Below the pieces are notes generated by a model. It was given only the letters and a program-made list of their open reading frames with translations. It ran no database searches and was not told the origin of the DNA. Positions 1-15,236 of a DNA stretch of 64,000 bases are shown here, piece by piece. Source of the DNA: the human T2T-CHM13v2.0 reference genome, Homo sapiens; NCBI RefSeq assembly GCF_009914755.1, contig NC_060932.1; one strand, given 5' to 3'. Position numbers and translations under genes: made by a program. Positions within the stretch are counted from its first letter, which is position 1; every line of letters starts with the position of its first letter.

Positions 1-1989
1 ACGTGGAAAAAACTAAGGGTTTAGATATAACCACATTCAACCACAGCCTTTACCTTCTCCCCTGTGCTTTGCTGTATCTAATGACGGCCCAGAAAGGTGC
101 AAAGAGAGACTTTTCAGAAAAAGCATAAAAACAATCAAGAAGGAAAAAATTGCTTGGTTGTTTTCTGAGATACCTGAACCAGAAGCAATTGAGTATTTAG
201 GTGTAACTTTCTATGACCTATTAGAATGAATGCCATTCTTATGGCTTAAATTTTTTTCAAGATGAAGAGGGCACTTATATAGACAAAGAATATATTTCCC
301 ATAAAGATATATTAGCACAATTCTAATTAATCTTAAATCTAAGTTTTTGTTCCCCAAGTCCAATACTCAGTCTAGAACATATGCCCTTTTCTGTGATGCC
401 TGCTGGCCACCATGTATGATCATGGTATATTGTGCATTGTACAAAGTGCCCAGCCAAGGGCTGAAATCAACTAGTGCTCTACTTATGAGGAATTAATCCA
501 GGCATGGCGCTGTGTCTACCCCAGAGGATGTGCCTTTTCTAATTTTCGTAAAGTTACTGCAATGGGCCAGCCCTGAAGATATACAGATAACAGAATCCTA
601 TGACTTTTAGATGACATTAGCCATCATGAGAGCCTGCCTCTCTGTAAATGGTGTTAGGGTGTTTATTATCAGCAGCATTGGGAATACAGTTGTTTTGATG
701 TGTTTTCTGATGCCCTGTTCTAAAATTCACTACTTCTCTGCAGGCTTTGGAAAGTGGGAGTGTAACCACTGGTCCTTTGGGTTCTTTGTGAAGTTGTGCT
801 AACCATAAGATGCCGCATACTCTCCTAGTGACCACAGTTTTTATGGGAGGTGATGTACAGCAGCAAAAGTCTAATGTAAATCTCATGTTGGTTCTTCCAG
901 AGCAGGGGCAGCTAGAGTCTAATAATTTCTTGGGAAGAGTTTCTGTACCTGGAAATTTTAGATGTATATCAAGGACATGTGAGCAAATGGGAAATCTAAT
1001 TGCCCAGTGCCTCTGGAGCAAAGTGTAGAGACAGAACCAGAATGTTTTTTACCGGCACATTTCTGTATTAAACTAAGGGAGGGAAGCTCTTTAACTATAT
1101 GGGAACTTTTTCTCATTGGTTCCTTTAAGTGTCTTAAAAAAACTGATGTCTTCCTAAGAGAACTTGTGAAAGGTGGTAAAATGTTTAATTGGAACTTAAG
1201 AATAACTTCCTACTGAATAGCTTTGTTGATTTCACTTTCCTGTGGGGAAAAGATAGACATTGACAAAACTGTTTCGATGAGAATTAATCATAGCTGTAGA
1301 TTTCAAGGTATGTTATGATACTAGGTTTCATCTCCTGGATCTTCCTCCTCTACATTAAAATGATTAGAATGATAAACTCAAGGCATATTAATGATCCCTA
1401 ATCAATGTAAAAAAATTATCATTTCTCTTCTTTATGCTGTATTTACTGTCAGAAATACAGACATACATATTAGGAAGATTTTTCTTGAAGGGAATTGGCA
1501 CAAAAGGGTTGAGACCTTTAATTAATCAAAAAATTGACCATTCCTTGAACCTTGATTGCTTGGTATCATTAACAAAGGACATGAGACAACATGTTCAAGC
1601 TTTATAATTTGCTGGAAATAATATTTTCTTTTTTTTTAAAAAAAGCAATTTTTTGTTGTAATTGTTAATCTTACTATATATTTGTCTCCTGAAAATGGTG
1701 TTATTTGCCACTCCTTCTACGTATTAATTGGTGTAAGCTCTTAAGTTATATAGGATAGTTTTAATTTCTCCAAAAAGCTGCCTAAGGAAAGTAAAACACC
1801 ATAAAGAAAAGGGTATGTACCCAAGAAGTAGCAAGAAACTAAAGAGAAGAGATTGAGATATTATCATGAGAATTTAATAAGAGAATTAAATATCTAGAAA
1901 AATGTGTACATACTTAGAAGTAGTAAACATTAATTTCCTTTCTTCCATCTATAGTTCACCTCTAGATCACTCTTTTCTTTCTTTAGATC

Positions 1990-2830
1990 ATCAGTATCCA
2001 AGATTGGAAAGAGTAAATGAGTGTTGATAAATGGGCACTCTCTTGTTCTGTTGATATAAGCTTAAGTTGGGGTAGCTTTTCTGGAGGACTGCTTGACAAT
2101 ATACGTCAAATTTATATTGTGATGTCCTTTGGCCATGCAATTTACCCATCCTGGAATGTACGCTAAGTAGATAATTGAATAAGTGAAAAACCAAATGTCT
2201 TCATAAGGATATTCACCATAGTTTTGTTGAAAATTATTTACAAATTGGAAACAATCTAAATAAATGTCAATACAGGAATAGTTTAATTGCATATAGAACT
2301 GTACATACAATGTAATCCTATGCAGTCACTAAAAATGAAAATGTATAGGTGTATTGATTGCCCTGGGCAATTACCATAACGTATAAATGAATGAGTAAAA
2401 GTATCACAGAATAATACTCTTCCCTCCTAAGTAAATCCTCACCAATAAATCCTATTATACAAGGCAAAACCTGTATATTATCCCTATCCCCTAATTTTCA
2501 TCATCTCTCATATCTAATCCACCATGATGTCTTTTTCATTCCTAAGTGTGTTTCAGATCATCCACTTCCCTCTAACTCTATCACTGTCTTCTGGTCCAAG
2601 CTTGGTATTCAATTAATACTTGTTAAATGGATTCTGAATATGATTCCATTCATAACAGCACACCTATCCACGTACGTATGTGAAGACACAGGTGCCTAGA
2701 GAGGTGTTCACTGAACTACTAATGGTGGTTTCCTCTTCTGTGGTAGAATTCAGCATTATCTTTATTTTTTTATTTGAATTTCTCTTGTTGTTTGAAATAT
2801 TTTTAAATAATAATGTGTAATTTACCCCTC
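1990..2830 (+). mobile_element. Ancient L1M(E)-like 3' fragments
   Basis: AAATTGGAAACAATCTAAAT...TCCTATGCAGTCACTAAAA, resembling a degenerate L1 ORF2 end / 3'UTR. Confidence 0.5.
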
Positions 2831-3024
2831 TCCAAAAATAAAACTTATAAAATGGGGATGATAACTATTATTCTACCTTTCTCACTGGATAAACATAGTG
2901 GTCAAATAAACAAATACTCGTGAAAGTCTTTTATAATGTGAAAACAAAGGTTTTTTTGTTATTATGTGCAATAATAATAATAATAACTATAGATACTAAA
3001 ATTTGTTGAATATATTTCCTCAGT

Positions 3025-3217
3025 ATTTTGAGTGTCTTAACTCATTTAAATCTCACAATAAGCCTATGATACTATAAATATACCCATTTCAAATATGAGG
3101 AAACTGAAGCAGAGACAGACGAAATAATTTATCCAGGTAGACACAGCCAGTAGAGCTGAGGCAGGATTTGACCCCACACAATCAGGCCCTAGGACCCAAG
3201 CCCTAACCACTGTGCCA
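3025..3217 (-). mobile_element. MIR
   Basis: CTCATTTAAATCTCACAA...GAGGAAACTGAAGC...GGATTTGACCCC core. Confidence 0.75.
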
Positions 3218-3258
3218 AAATCATAATACCTGCAGGAAGTGGCAAATGTTGAACTTAG

Positions 3259-3516
<258 letters not shown>

Positions 3517-5217
3517 TGATTTTGGGAGTAATCCCAAGCCAAATGACCTCTGTTGGAAGTAATTTAATAGATGTGTTTAAATATTAGAGGTGGGTGAGAT
3601 GGTGAAGAATTAACATTTGAGGAACATTTGGTATCCTCTGGGCAATATGTAGACACCCTTTCAATAAATCCTCACAACACCCCAGTAAGTTATGTGTTAT
3701 TTGTTTCTATTGTAAGTTGCAGTCATAGATAAGGAAACTCAGATATGTATTAAGTCATTTGCTCAGGTCTTTACAGCTATTAAGTTGCAGAGTTGGGAGC
3801 CCATCTAAACTCCTAAGATCAGGGTCTGGATCACCTCTATTATTTTACATTGGGCATCTATCATCCAGGACCTATGTGCTGCAGGAACGTAATTAAGAAT
3901 GACTTTGACAAGATAAATATTTGGGGACATGAAGCCTGATCACAGAGTCTACCAGTTATGTGGACTTGGGCAAGCAACACCATGAACCTCACTTTTTTCA
4001 TTCTCAAAGTGGGACTAATGAAATTTTTCCTGCTTCTCCAAAAGATAATTTTAGTCACTCTGTTGGTGAGTTTTGCAAAAACATTGTAGTATAAGCCTTC
4101 ACAAGGAATTACAGAGAAGAAGATAAGTCTTAGCATTCAAGAAGCCTGGACTGTACCTGTCTCAAAATTATTTTATGCTAAATGCAGACAATTTTCTCTA
4201 TTTGGAGTTTCTTTCCCATCTTAGTTGGCCTCTTCTCAGTTTTCTGAATGAAGCGTGCACCCTCGGATGTCTGGCCTTTACTCCTGCATGTCTTCCGGTC
4301 TGAAATACCTTCCCCTCCCTCAGGAACTTAACCAGCTTCAACATGCAGCCTTCCTGAACACTCCAACATGAAGGGATGCCCTTCTGTTCTAAATGTCCAC
4401 TGCACTGAACAAATCATTTATACAAATTTCTCTGTAGTTTATACAGAGGATTTGTGTTTATGGGCTTATATGTTTTCTTTAAAAATAAGTTATAAAGTTT
4501 TTGATGCTAGAGCATTCTTTTGTATCCCCAGGAGACACTCAGAATATATTTGTTGATTGTTTTGATTTTAAAGAAAAAGGCGGAAGAATGAGGTAAAATG
4601 GCCACTATCTGTCAGGAACTTCATATAATTATCTCTGCCCAGAAATAAATTAAAATAGTTTTCTTCAGCCAGTTGCAATAGCTTATAGAAAAAAATTACC
4701 TTCCCTAGATGTCAGTGTCCCAATTTGGAAAACAGAGTTTGGTCATATATTTTGTCCGCTGTTGTACAACCTTTAGAAACATAAAATTCAAGAGGAATAC
4801 TAAATAAAAGGATCAATCAATACTGAGTTCAGCTTTAAAATTATTTCATCTAATAATGCTGGTTTTCTTGGCAGCACTAGCAAGGGCTAGAATTTTTTAA
4901 AAATCATCCTTATATATGTATTGATTGAATTTATTAAAATGCTTTATTACCATATCCATTTGCTTATAAGAAGGCACCCTGATGTGTCCTATATGAGTTT
5001 CAAAACACAATTAAATAAAACCATGCAGAGCAACAAACACTACGTAGCATTTACAAACTGCATTTGTATTCATTTTTATGTACATGAAGGGAAAAAAACC
5101 CAAAAGGTTGAAAGCCTTCTGGAGTGATAAATGCCACAATTTAGTGGAAAATACACATTGTAATTTGAGAACATCTCCCACTAAGAGTCAGTGTAGCTAC
5201 AGGGACAAGAAGCCTGG

Positions 5218-5597
5218 TGCTAAATTGTCTGAACATTGATGTCCCTTCAAAATTCATATGTTGGATCCTAGTACCCAGTGTGATATAATCAAGAGATAAG
5301 GTCTTTGGGGAACTGATTAAGTCATGAGGGGTTCTCCATATGCATGAATGGGTTCATGCTCTTATAAAAGAGGTTGAAGAGAGCACCCTAGGGCCTCTTG
5401 CCCTTCTGCTTCTGCCATGTGAGGACGTAGCAAGAGGCACTCTTTATGAAGCAGAGTGAGCCCTTGCCAGACACTGAATGTGCTGGCGCCTTAATCTTGG
5501 ACGTTCCAGCCTCCAGACTGTGATAATTAAATTTATTTTATTTCTAAATGACTCAGTCTAAGAAGTTTTGTTATAGCAGCCCAAACAGACTAAGACC
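5218..5597 (+). mobile_element. MaLR solo LTR (MLT1A0-like)
   Basis: TGCTA...AAATTCATATGTTG...TTGTTATAGCAGCCCAAACAGACTAAGAC. 5-bp TSD CCTGG at 5213-5217 and 5598-5602. Confidence 0.88.
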
Positions 5598-8474
5598 CCT
5601 GGCCCACAGGCTCCTGAGCATCTCAGTGCCTTTGAAGCTATAAAGGACCTCGACCTTCACTTTCAGCACATGTTCAAGTAAAAGAGAAAAATGTGTGTAA
5701 AGAAGTGCCCATACCCAATAAACATACCCATATTTATTGCAAATTATCCTCTAAACTGTTTCATTGTGGTCAAAACCCAAGTTATAAATTTTTAGTGTCC
5801 TTTTAAGAGTTCAGTATTTGTCAACCTACGGTCAACATTTGCATCAACAAAGAAGGTAAGATATGTTGTGTTATCTTTGTCATTTTTCAGCTGTCAACTA
5901 GGATAGGGGCCAGAAATAGCAAAACTGTAAACTTGAAATTGTTTCAGGAAGAAGTGTAATAGCTAAGGGGTGTCTATGAAATGGAATGTATATCAATATG
6001 AGGTAAGACAGCTGGTAAAAAATAAAAAATTAGCAGGAGGGGCACCGGATTCATGTACCAGGGAAAATAATGTCATGTTCATTGCCCAGAGAGATTCCCA
6101 GGAATTAGAGATTGAGAAATATTATTTCTTGACATGTCTAGAGGCTACCTGGATAGAAGTTCTGGAAAATGTTTGAGATAAAGGCCAATAAAAAGCAAAA
6201 GGACCTGAGGATTCTGTTTATTCACTGAACAGAGAAGCTAAAAATTGGGCTCTCATTTTGGACAAAAATAAAAGCCATAGTAATAAGTAAAATAAAATAA
6301 CCTACCAGGTAGCAGAGCTCTTAGCAAAGGATTCTGCAAGCAAAAGGCAGGTGTGAATTGGGAAAGTGAGTCTGGGATTGAGGTGAGGTGGGGTTAGGTG
6401 TAGAACAGGGCTATGAAGGTCAGGGCAGTGGAAGGTTTGATTCTGGAAAGCATGGCTTCAAGGGAAAACTTGAGTGGTGAACGGGAAAATCTGTGAGGAT
6501 CGGAAATGTAAGTCTCTATACTTGCTGGGGAAATGAGCAAGAAATGAAAGGGAGAGAGCCAGATGACGCAGCTGGAAGCAGAAATCTGAGCAGGGGGAAC
6601 CTGGCAACAGAGAGGAGGAGCTGGAAGAACAGGGGCAGATCAGATCTAGAGCCAAGCTGTATTCTCTGGCCCCATACTTTAATATTCTACCTATGAGGCG
6701 CAGTGCCTTTGGGTGTTGTTCATAAAATTCCAGTGTTGAAAAGGGTTTCAGACATTGTCCGTGAAGCTCCTCTATCCATCAAGCCCTTTGCAATATTTAC
6801 AGTAAGGAAAGTGGGAGCGCTTCAGAAAGAGAGAGAGAGAAAAATGAAAATTCCTAGCCCCATCTAGACATGCCTTATCAGTGAGTTAGGCGAAGTGCAC
6901 AAAATTTAAAAGTAAGATTCTAGTTGTTTGTATTTTAGCTATTCACGTTGCATCACAAGAGCTCCACAACTGGATTTAAATAATTGTTTCTGCCTTAGCA
7001 ATCTTAAGTGTGCATGTATTGTTCAGCTATTCCTTTAGGGGAAAGATTGCTAGATGGGAATAAAATGGAAATGCTGTTTTCTAAAAGTTGTGGTCTTCAT
7101 AGGGAGATAGCTCTTCACTTCGTGTGTTAGTGATGAACATTTGCAAGCTGTAGAGCTGTAGAGAACACTTTGTGGTTCTTCTATTTGAAGAAACCCTGAT
7201 GGCTTTGTCACATATTCCAAGTTTAACTTTTATTTTTAAAGAGTTTATACATCATATTTGAAAAAGACTCAAACATGTCTAGAGTTATATGTTAGACACT
7301 AAACATACTTGAAAAAGATTTAAAACCTTGGTTTTAGTCATCTGTAAGTACTCTATTTTAAGGACAACTAATTAATACTTATAACTCAGATAATTCAGGA
7401 GACGATCAATGATTATGAAATAACTTCCTATGACATACTTTTAAATAGTAAATGCCTTCACTGCATGTAATTCACACATCAATATATACTAAACTATTTC
7501 CATTAATATAGCCAGTCTCCAATTTACAGGAAGACATTATGTTTCACAAGTTGATTTTAAGTGAATTTTTTGTAATATAGAAAGAATTGTCCCAAAGAGT
7601 GACTGCTGAACTGGTTAAATCCACAAAAAAAAGCATCACATGAATTCATCTACTAGGCAAATTTGCTCATCCACTTTCAAGTCAAAAAAAAGTTTTAAAT
7701 TAGATAAAAACCTGTGTATCCCCTTTCTTAGTAAATTTGCCTGCTGTGATAAATATACACGTGCACACAAAAATAGGCATGCATTTTTAAGAGGAGTAGA
7801 AACCCATTTGAACTTGTCCAGGAACTCAAGTTTAGAGGCTCAAATGTAGAGAATACTAATAACCACCTATAATAATTCTTTTGGAGAATGCATACTGTAT
7901 TATGCCTAGTGCTTAATAGGACAGGGGATTTTTCATCTCTCATGTGCCTGGGAATGAGAGCCAGGGGCTTCCCCCAATTCTAAAAAAATAGCAATTCAGC
8001 AGAATCTACAGTGGGGCCAAATTGTGGCTGGGATTTGGGGGATTTCATCAAAGTGGGTCAGAGGTAGAGGTGGAAGAGAAGCAGAAGGCCGGTGGGAGTA
8101 GGATACAGTACAGGGGCGAGCTTCCAGCTGGCTCCATCAGTTGAGGAAGAAGAAGCAATCCCAGGAGGTCCATACTCTTGATATTTTATCCCTCCTCTCA
8201 CTAAGGACAGCTATGCCCTTTGTGATCTGCCCTAGACTGACTTTTTAATACAGAGAATGAAGGCCAGTACAGAAAGCAAGGAGAGAAAGAAGAGAAATAG
8301 ATGCTAAGTTGTCCCCTTGAGGAAGAATGAGGGAAAATGGAGTTCCTGCCACCCTAGTCTATTAGCTGACATTGTTACTCCTAATTCAAGGTAATTATTG
8401 GTATGCAAAGAAAGTATGTATTAACTATATGTCAACCAGTAACTCCCTGAAATCCACTTGATGATAGAAAATTA

Positions 8475-8517
8475 GTCTATGGCCATATCACTGTGAATGC
8501 ACCAAATCTCATCTGAT
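8475..8517 (+). pseudogene. 5S rRNA pseudogene fragment (5' ~43 nt)
   Basis: GTCTATGGCCATATCACTGTGAATGCACCAAATCTCATCTGAT aligns to the 5S 5' end GTCTACGGCCATACCACCCTGAACGCGCCCGATCTCGTCTGAT. Many differences are CpG transitions. Confidence 0.8.
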
Positions 8518-9134
8518 AGCAAAATATTGCATACATTTCTTCTAGAAACTAAGAATTCCAATGAAAAGCTATGAAAGAATCCTACTTAGGTCTGAATTTC
8601 CATACATTCCTGGTATCTCAGAGGGTGGCAAGGTTAGAAAACTTGAGAATCTGTGGGCACACTAGGGATGAAGTGATAGTATTCTTTGTTGGATATCAAA
8701 AGAAATCTAAGCAGGAGAACCAAAATCCATTGGTGGAACCAAAAAACCATTGGTGGTCTGAAAAGTTAGGTGGGAGAATTGAATAGCTTAGTTCTAGGGA
8801 TCAAGTAACCACCCTGACTATTGAGCTTCCCGATAAGACAACATGATGGAAACTACATGGTTTCATCCAGGTGCTGGGAACAAGTCCTACTGAACATTGG
8901 CTTTTGGACAAATAACAGGCAGATTCTTTGGTGAAGCTTTGTTCATCTGAAACTCTTCCCTGTCCTCTCTTCTCCACTTCATTTTTCTGATGAGGAGAAT
9001 GGAAGTTTGTATAAACTAGAGTGCTCAAGCAGCAGGCAGTGGAAGAGGCAAGACCTCCAAGTAGATCTGCAAGCTCTGAACCAAGTGACCTATCTCTAGG
9101 CCATATTGAGGAAGGCCAATGCAGTTTTGCAATC

Positions 9135-9460
9135 TCTCTACCTCTTCATTTTTCCTTTTCCTCCTCCCCTTCCCCTTTTGCTCTCCCCCTCTTCCTCTCA
9201 AGAGAGTAATGTGCTAGTAGTACCTGATGGTACCCCAGTGCTTCCTGCCTTCCTCCCTTCCACTTCCTGCCTTCCTTTCTCCCACTTCCTGCCTTCCTCC
9301 CTTCCACTTCCTGCCTTCCCCAGTCCCACTTCCTCTCTTCCTTCCTGGCACCCCCCAGCACTCCCTTCCCTCCTTCTGTTCTCCAGTACCTTCCTTTCTT
9401 TTCCTTTGCCCTTCTCTCTTCCTCCTTCTCTCTTTATTTTCCTTCCTTCCTTCCTCTGCA
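9135..9460. repeat. Polypyrimidine/polypurine low-complexity tract
   Basis: CT-rich sequence with repeated CTTCCTGCCTTCC units. Confidence 0.9.
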
Positions 9461-10689
9461 AGGCCTTCTTACTAGTTTCCACCCATTTTCCTATGTAAAG
9501 CGATTTTGAATTCTAGCCATCTGTTAATACAAGGCAGTGAAAAATGTTGAAGTCACATCAAATTCCACTTGCTCTGCCAGTTAAAAATACAGATGCTTCC
9601 TGTTTTATGCTTTCCTCTCACTTTCTCTAGAGTTTAAACATGAAAATATGTTCCATGATAAAAACCAGCACATATTCCCTTTCATCAGGAAACATATTCC
9701 AAACAATGAAAGGAAGGGGAGGGGGATTATTTTCACAAGTCCAGCAAGGATACTTGGATGTTGGGGGAATCATTTGTAGAACCATAATTTCACAGAGCAA
9801 GAACATAATTATTCACAACTATCACATTTTATAGATGAAGAAACTGAGATCGCAGGGAATTGTTATAATTGTTCTCATATGTGCTGCATATCGACTTGCC
9901 AAAATTCACATCAGCTTAAATTTTCACCCAACATGCCTGGTCCTCAATTGTTCCACAATACTTTTTGCTATCCGCTGATTTCAGAAAGGGTTCTTTTGGC
10001 TACTGGGAGAGGCCAAATCACTAAGCAATGGATAATTAACCTGAAACTCAGTAAATGCACTGGAGTGAAAAAAAAATGTGAGACTAAGAGTCAAGACACC
10101 TGGGTTCTAGTCACAAATCTGTTACTAACTACCCATCCCAACTCATAGCAAAAATTTTTATTAATACTCTTGCTCCACAAAGAGACTAGATCAAATGGTC
10201 TCTAAATTTACTTTCAACTCTTTGAATCTTGAGTTTTCTTCCTTCAATTTTCTGCTGACTCAGAGCGTATAGCCTTGGCCAAGTTATTTACTGCCATAAA
10301 TCTCATTTTTTTTCCAAGATGAAAGGGAGAATAACACATTCCCCTATTTTCCCAGCATATATATATATACACTATATAATCTTGCATTAAATTGACTATC
10401 TTTAGAAATCACATTAAATCCTTTCTATCTATAGACTTTGGATTAGTCACTAAAGCTAGAATAAGACATGGGCCATATCATTAGGCAATGTCTCTGGCTG
10501 TAGTTGTATTATCAAACACTGCATTGACGCTTGTTCATCCTTGCTTCCATCATACCTTTTTATGTAAGCTGTTCTAATTCTTACATGACTATAACATGGA
10601 GCACTGTATGTCACCATATCTCTTCCTCTCATTGAATCTGATCGTATTCTAATATCTCCTATCTCAATGCCTAGTTCTTCACCCATTTT

Positions 10690-11462
10690 ACCAATGCAAT
10701 ATAGAAACTTTCTTACTGCCTTTTTATTTCTTACTTTTCTTTTGAATAATTCACCAAGTTATTATTGATTTTGTCTGCCTGATGTCTTTCAAATTTATCC
10801 ACTTTTCTCTCTTCCATGATATCCTAATCTAAGCTACCATCACCCCTCAACTGAACTACAGCAGTCAAAAGGGTTATTTCCACACAGCAGTCAAAAGGAT
10901 TGTTTCAGGTGCTAAATTTGGCAATGTCACCCCACTGAATGGCTTTCTTCTGGTCTTAAAGACCCGATTCCAGAACAAAACTTACATGGTAGGCAGCTCC
11001 TGGCCCTTGACTGTGTTTCTAGTGTCATAGTACATGCTCCTGACCTTTTGCCCTCTTTGAGTTCCTCCTCCTCACTATCCTTTCCTGGAGATTCAGGTTT
11101 GGCAGTTCCCCGGGGTTAGAATGCTCCTCCATGATTTACCTAGTTGCTGCTTATTCTTCTGGTTTTGTACTGATGGTCATGTTCTCAGAGCAGCCTTCTC
11201 AGCCTCCCTGGGTCAGTTCCCTCCATCATGCACCATCATTGTGCCTTGTATCCTTGCTGTTATTATACTTATCAGAGTCGTAATTTTACATTTGCTCATG
11301 TCATACTTTTTAGATTATGCTTTGCTTTCTTCTCCTTCACCAGAGTGTAAACTCTATGATACTATGTCTATTTTTATGTCACCATTGTAATTCCAGTGCC
11401 TGGCATAATATCTAATGCATAGAAGGTGCAGGCTAAAATTCTATTGAATAAATAATGAATGA
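10690..11462 (+). mobile_element. L2 3' region
   Basis: Ends GTGTAAACTCTATGA...CCAGTGCCTGGCATA...TTGAATAAATAATGAATGAA, typical of an L2a 3' terminus. Start is approximate. Confidence 0.7.
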
Positions 11463-11621
11463 AAAGAAAGAATAGAAGTGCCTGAGTTCAGGCCCTGTAT
11501 CCCCATTCCCTCATATATGTGGTTGGAACCATAGAAGGCAAAATTTGGTGTTAAAAGAATAAAGCTGGCAAGCACTGATGTGCCTAACAGGATAGGAAGT
11601 TCAGAATTCTTTTTTAAAAGT

Positions 11622-11844
11622 GTTCAAGGGCCCAGGAGTGCCTGGCTAACATAATGAGACCCAGTCTCTACAAACATTTAAAAATTACACAGGCATGGTG
11701 GCATGGGCCTGTATTCTCCGCTACTCTGGAGGCTGAGGTGAGAGGACTGCATGAGCCTAGGAGGCTGAAGGCTTCAGTGAGCTGTGATCACACCACTGTA
11801 GTCCAGCCTGGTCAACAGAGTGAGACCCTATCTCTTAAAAAAAG
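11622..11844 (+). mobile_element. AluJ fragment
   Basis: Diverged Alu with GAGGCTGAGG...GTGAGCTGTGATCACACCACTG...GAGACCCT and a short A tail. Confidence 0.8.
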
Positions 11845-11936
11845 TTCTAGGATATTGGAGTTGATAATGTTTGTAAAGATCAACGCTAACATTGCCTCCA
11901 ACCAAGTCTCAATATGCTCCAAAAAGAAATACTTCA

Positions 11937-12713
<777 letters not shown>

Positions 12714-13340
12714 CTAGAGTAACTAGGAAATACTCCCTAGAGGCCAAATTTGACCTGTGCTTTGAAAGGTAATTACAATTGGGACAGGAAACGGCACGGC
12801 TTCTTTCTCAAAGATTGATTATTCTGACTATTCTCCATTAGCTCTTCCTTATACACTTTCCACTTTCCCAAACTCTGTCCCGGGATGCTGACATGAACCA
12901 CGTCAACAGGACTCCCTCACATCCTGTCTTCAAGTAGCATTTGCCCAGAGAGAGGCCTCAGGCAGGAGGTTGTAGGATGGAAGGAGAGATTTGCAGGCAT
13001 TCATTTCCCTGCTCCCTCCCTGCCTGGCTGCAGTGGGTAGTAGCTAATTCCTCTTCTGAAGGCCACAGCTCCTGGTGGATGCCCCCTTCTCACTTACAAC
13101 TGAGCTTCTCAGTGGGTTACCCCTTCACAACTAGGGTTGGTCATGGCTTTCTGATGCTGTGATCACCCAGGGTACTTTTAAACTCTCTACTTATCCGTCT
13201 GGGGTGCCATGTGTTATTTGCTAAGAATGAGGTAATAGGAATTTTTTAAAAAAAGATTAAAATAATACTATCAGCCTGTCAATGGGGATTCCTCCCACCC
13301 CCAAAAATAGAGTTGTTCGTTTCTCTTTGTTTGGTTTACA

Positions 13341-13342
<2 letters not shown>

Positions 13343-13392
<50 letters not shown>
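13343..13392. repeat. (AT)25 microsatellite
   Basis: Direct reading. Confidence 0.97.
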
Positions 13393-13394
<2 letters not shown>

Positions 13395-14172
13395 TGTATA
13401 TGTATATGATTTACCTCAAAACAGATCACAAAGCTGAGGTCACTTGAAACTGACTATTACAAGCTAGCTGGTAGAATTAAACTTGTTTCCCTAAGTAAAA
13501 TAGAAAAATTTGGCCAAGAGATAAGAAAATAGCTGCCCCTCACCACCACAAACACATACATACACACTATACTGAATGGATCTTCATAGAGAGTAAGTTA
13601 ATAAGAGGCCAGCCCCTACCTCTGCTTCCCTCCCCAGGGACATACATATAAATAGTTCAGTTATGTCTGACTTAATAGATTTGGGAAGGAGGAAACGTGA
13701 GAGGCTAGTCCTTCTGAAGGGTTGGGAGGTAAGGGTGAGGGAAGGGAGGGGAGCAAAATTACGGTACTGGGATTTGGACCCAGATAAAAGCTGCTTTGTC
13801 ACATCATCCCGATGTAAAATCCGTGCATCTGAGAGATAGCCCCTGAGCCACCACACAGGCTCCTCCCACCAGAGTCTGTCTGGCAGGGGTCAGTGCTGCC
13901 TCGCTGTGGATTAGAGGGAGTCATCGACATGTCATCTGCCATCAACCACACTTATTGTGAGGAAAAGAATGCCCCATACACATAGAGGCCACCCTTGGGA
14001 TGGACTTTTGAGTTGACTAAAGAGTAAAAATCACAATGGATCATCCACTAGTCAGCATTATTACCTTTACTAACAAAACCAGTAGCTTAGCCACGATTGT
14101 ATAAAACAATAAATGTTGGTTAATTTCTAAAGTACATTGATTGTTTTAGTTTTTGTTTTAAGAAAAAGGCTT

Positions 14173-14478
<306 letters not shown>

Positions 14479-15236
14479 GAAAAAGGCTTTATGTGGCTGT
14501 TGGGAATAGGATTATTTCCTCTAACATTTATCCCAGTATTTTTAAAATAAAGAAACATTTGGTCGATGAAAAGTATAGAATATTTGTGGTAATTATAATA
14601 AGTGAATACATTACATAATGTCCTTTGTGAAAAAGGCTTACATTATTATAATGGGAAGGAGGTAAATTAATCTGAGTAGTATTAGTATAATAGTCTTAGT
14701 AATTATAATGGAATGAATCACCCTATATTATAATTATGATTCAAATAATATATATTTTTAGAGATCAACCGTTTCATGATGTGCTGGAATGGGATGTGGT
14801 AATAGGAGAGCAGTGATTTTGGCTAACACATTAGGTATTCTGAGTCAATTTGGCACAACAGCAGAAATTATTTTCTCTATTGTCTTATTGAGAAGAAACG
14901 TCCTAAGAAGGATCTTGGGGAAAATAAATAAGTATGTGAGTCTGACATAGGAAGAGAGGGTTTCTTCCCCTGCAAGGCACCTTGTGAAAGCCTAGTGGGG
15001 AGAAATAGTGGGATGATGAAGGATGGGGCAGGTTACTTCTGGAAGCAAAATTCAGATCCCGAGTGCAGGTGTTGTTCAGGCCTCTGTGCCCCACTGTAAG
15101 TGTGCTGGCTTCATTGAAAGGGATGAGAATAAGGCAGACACGTTCAAATATGCAGAGTGAGGGAAAATACAAAGAGCATATTTGATATTGGTTGAATGAT
15201 TGAGAATATTTGATATTTGATATTGATTGATAATTG

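Noticed and set aside
611-1216. Overlapping short ORFs at the window start
   Set aside because: They have no homology I recognise, no coding-like composition and no convincing splice context.
9106-9498. Overlapping Pro/Ser/Leu-rich and Gly/Arg/Glu-rich ORFs
   Set aside because: These are artefacts of a stop-poor CT-rich low-complexity tract.
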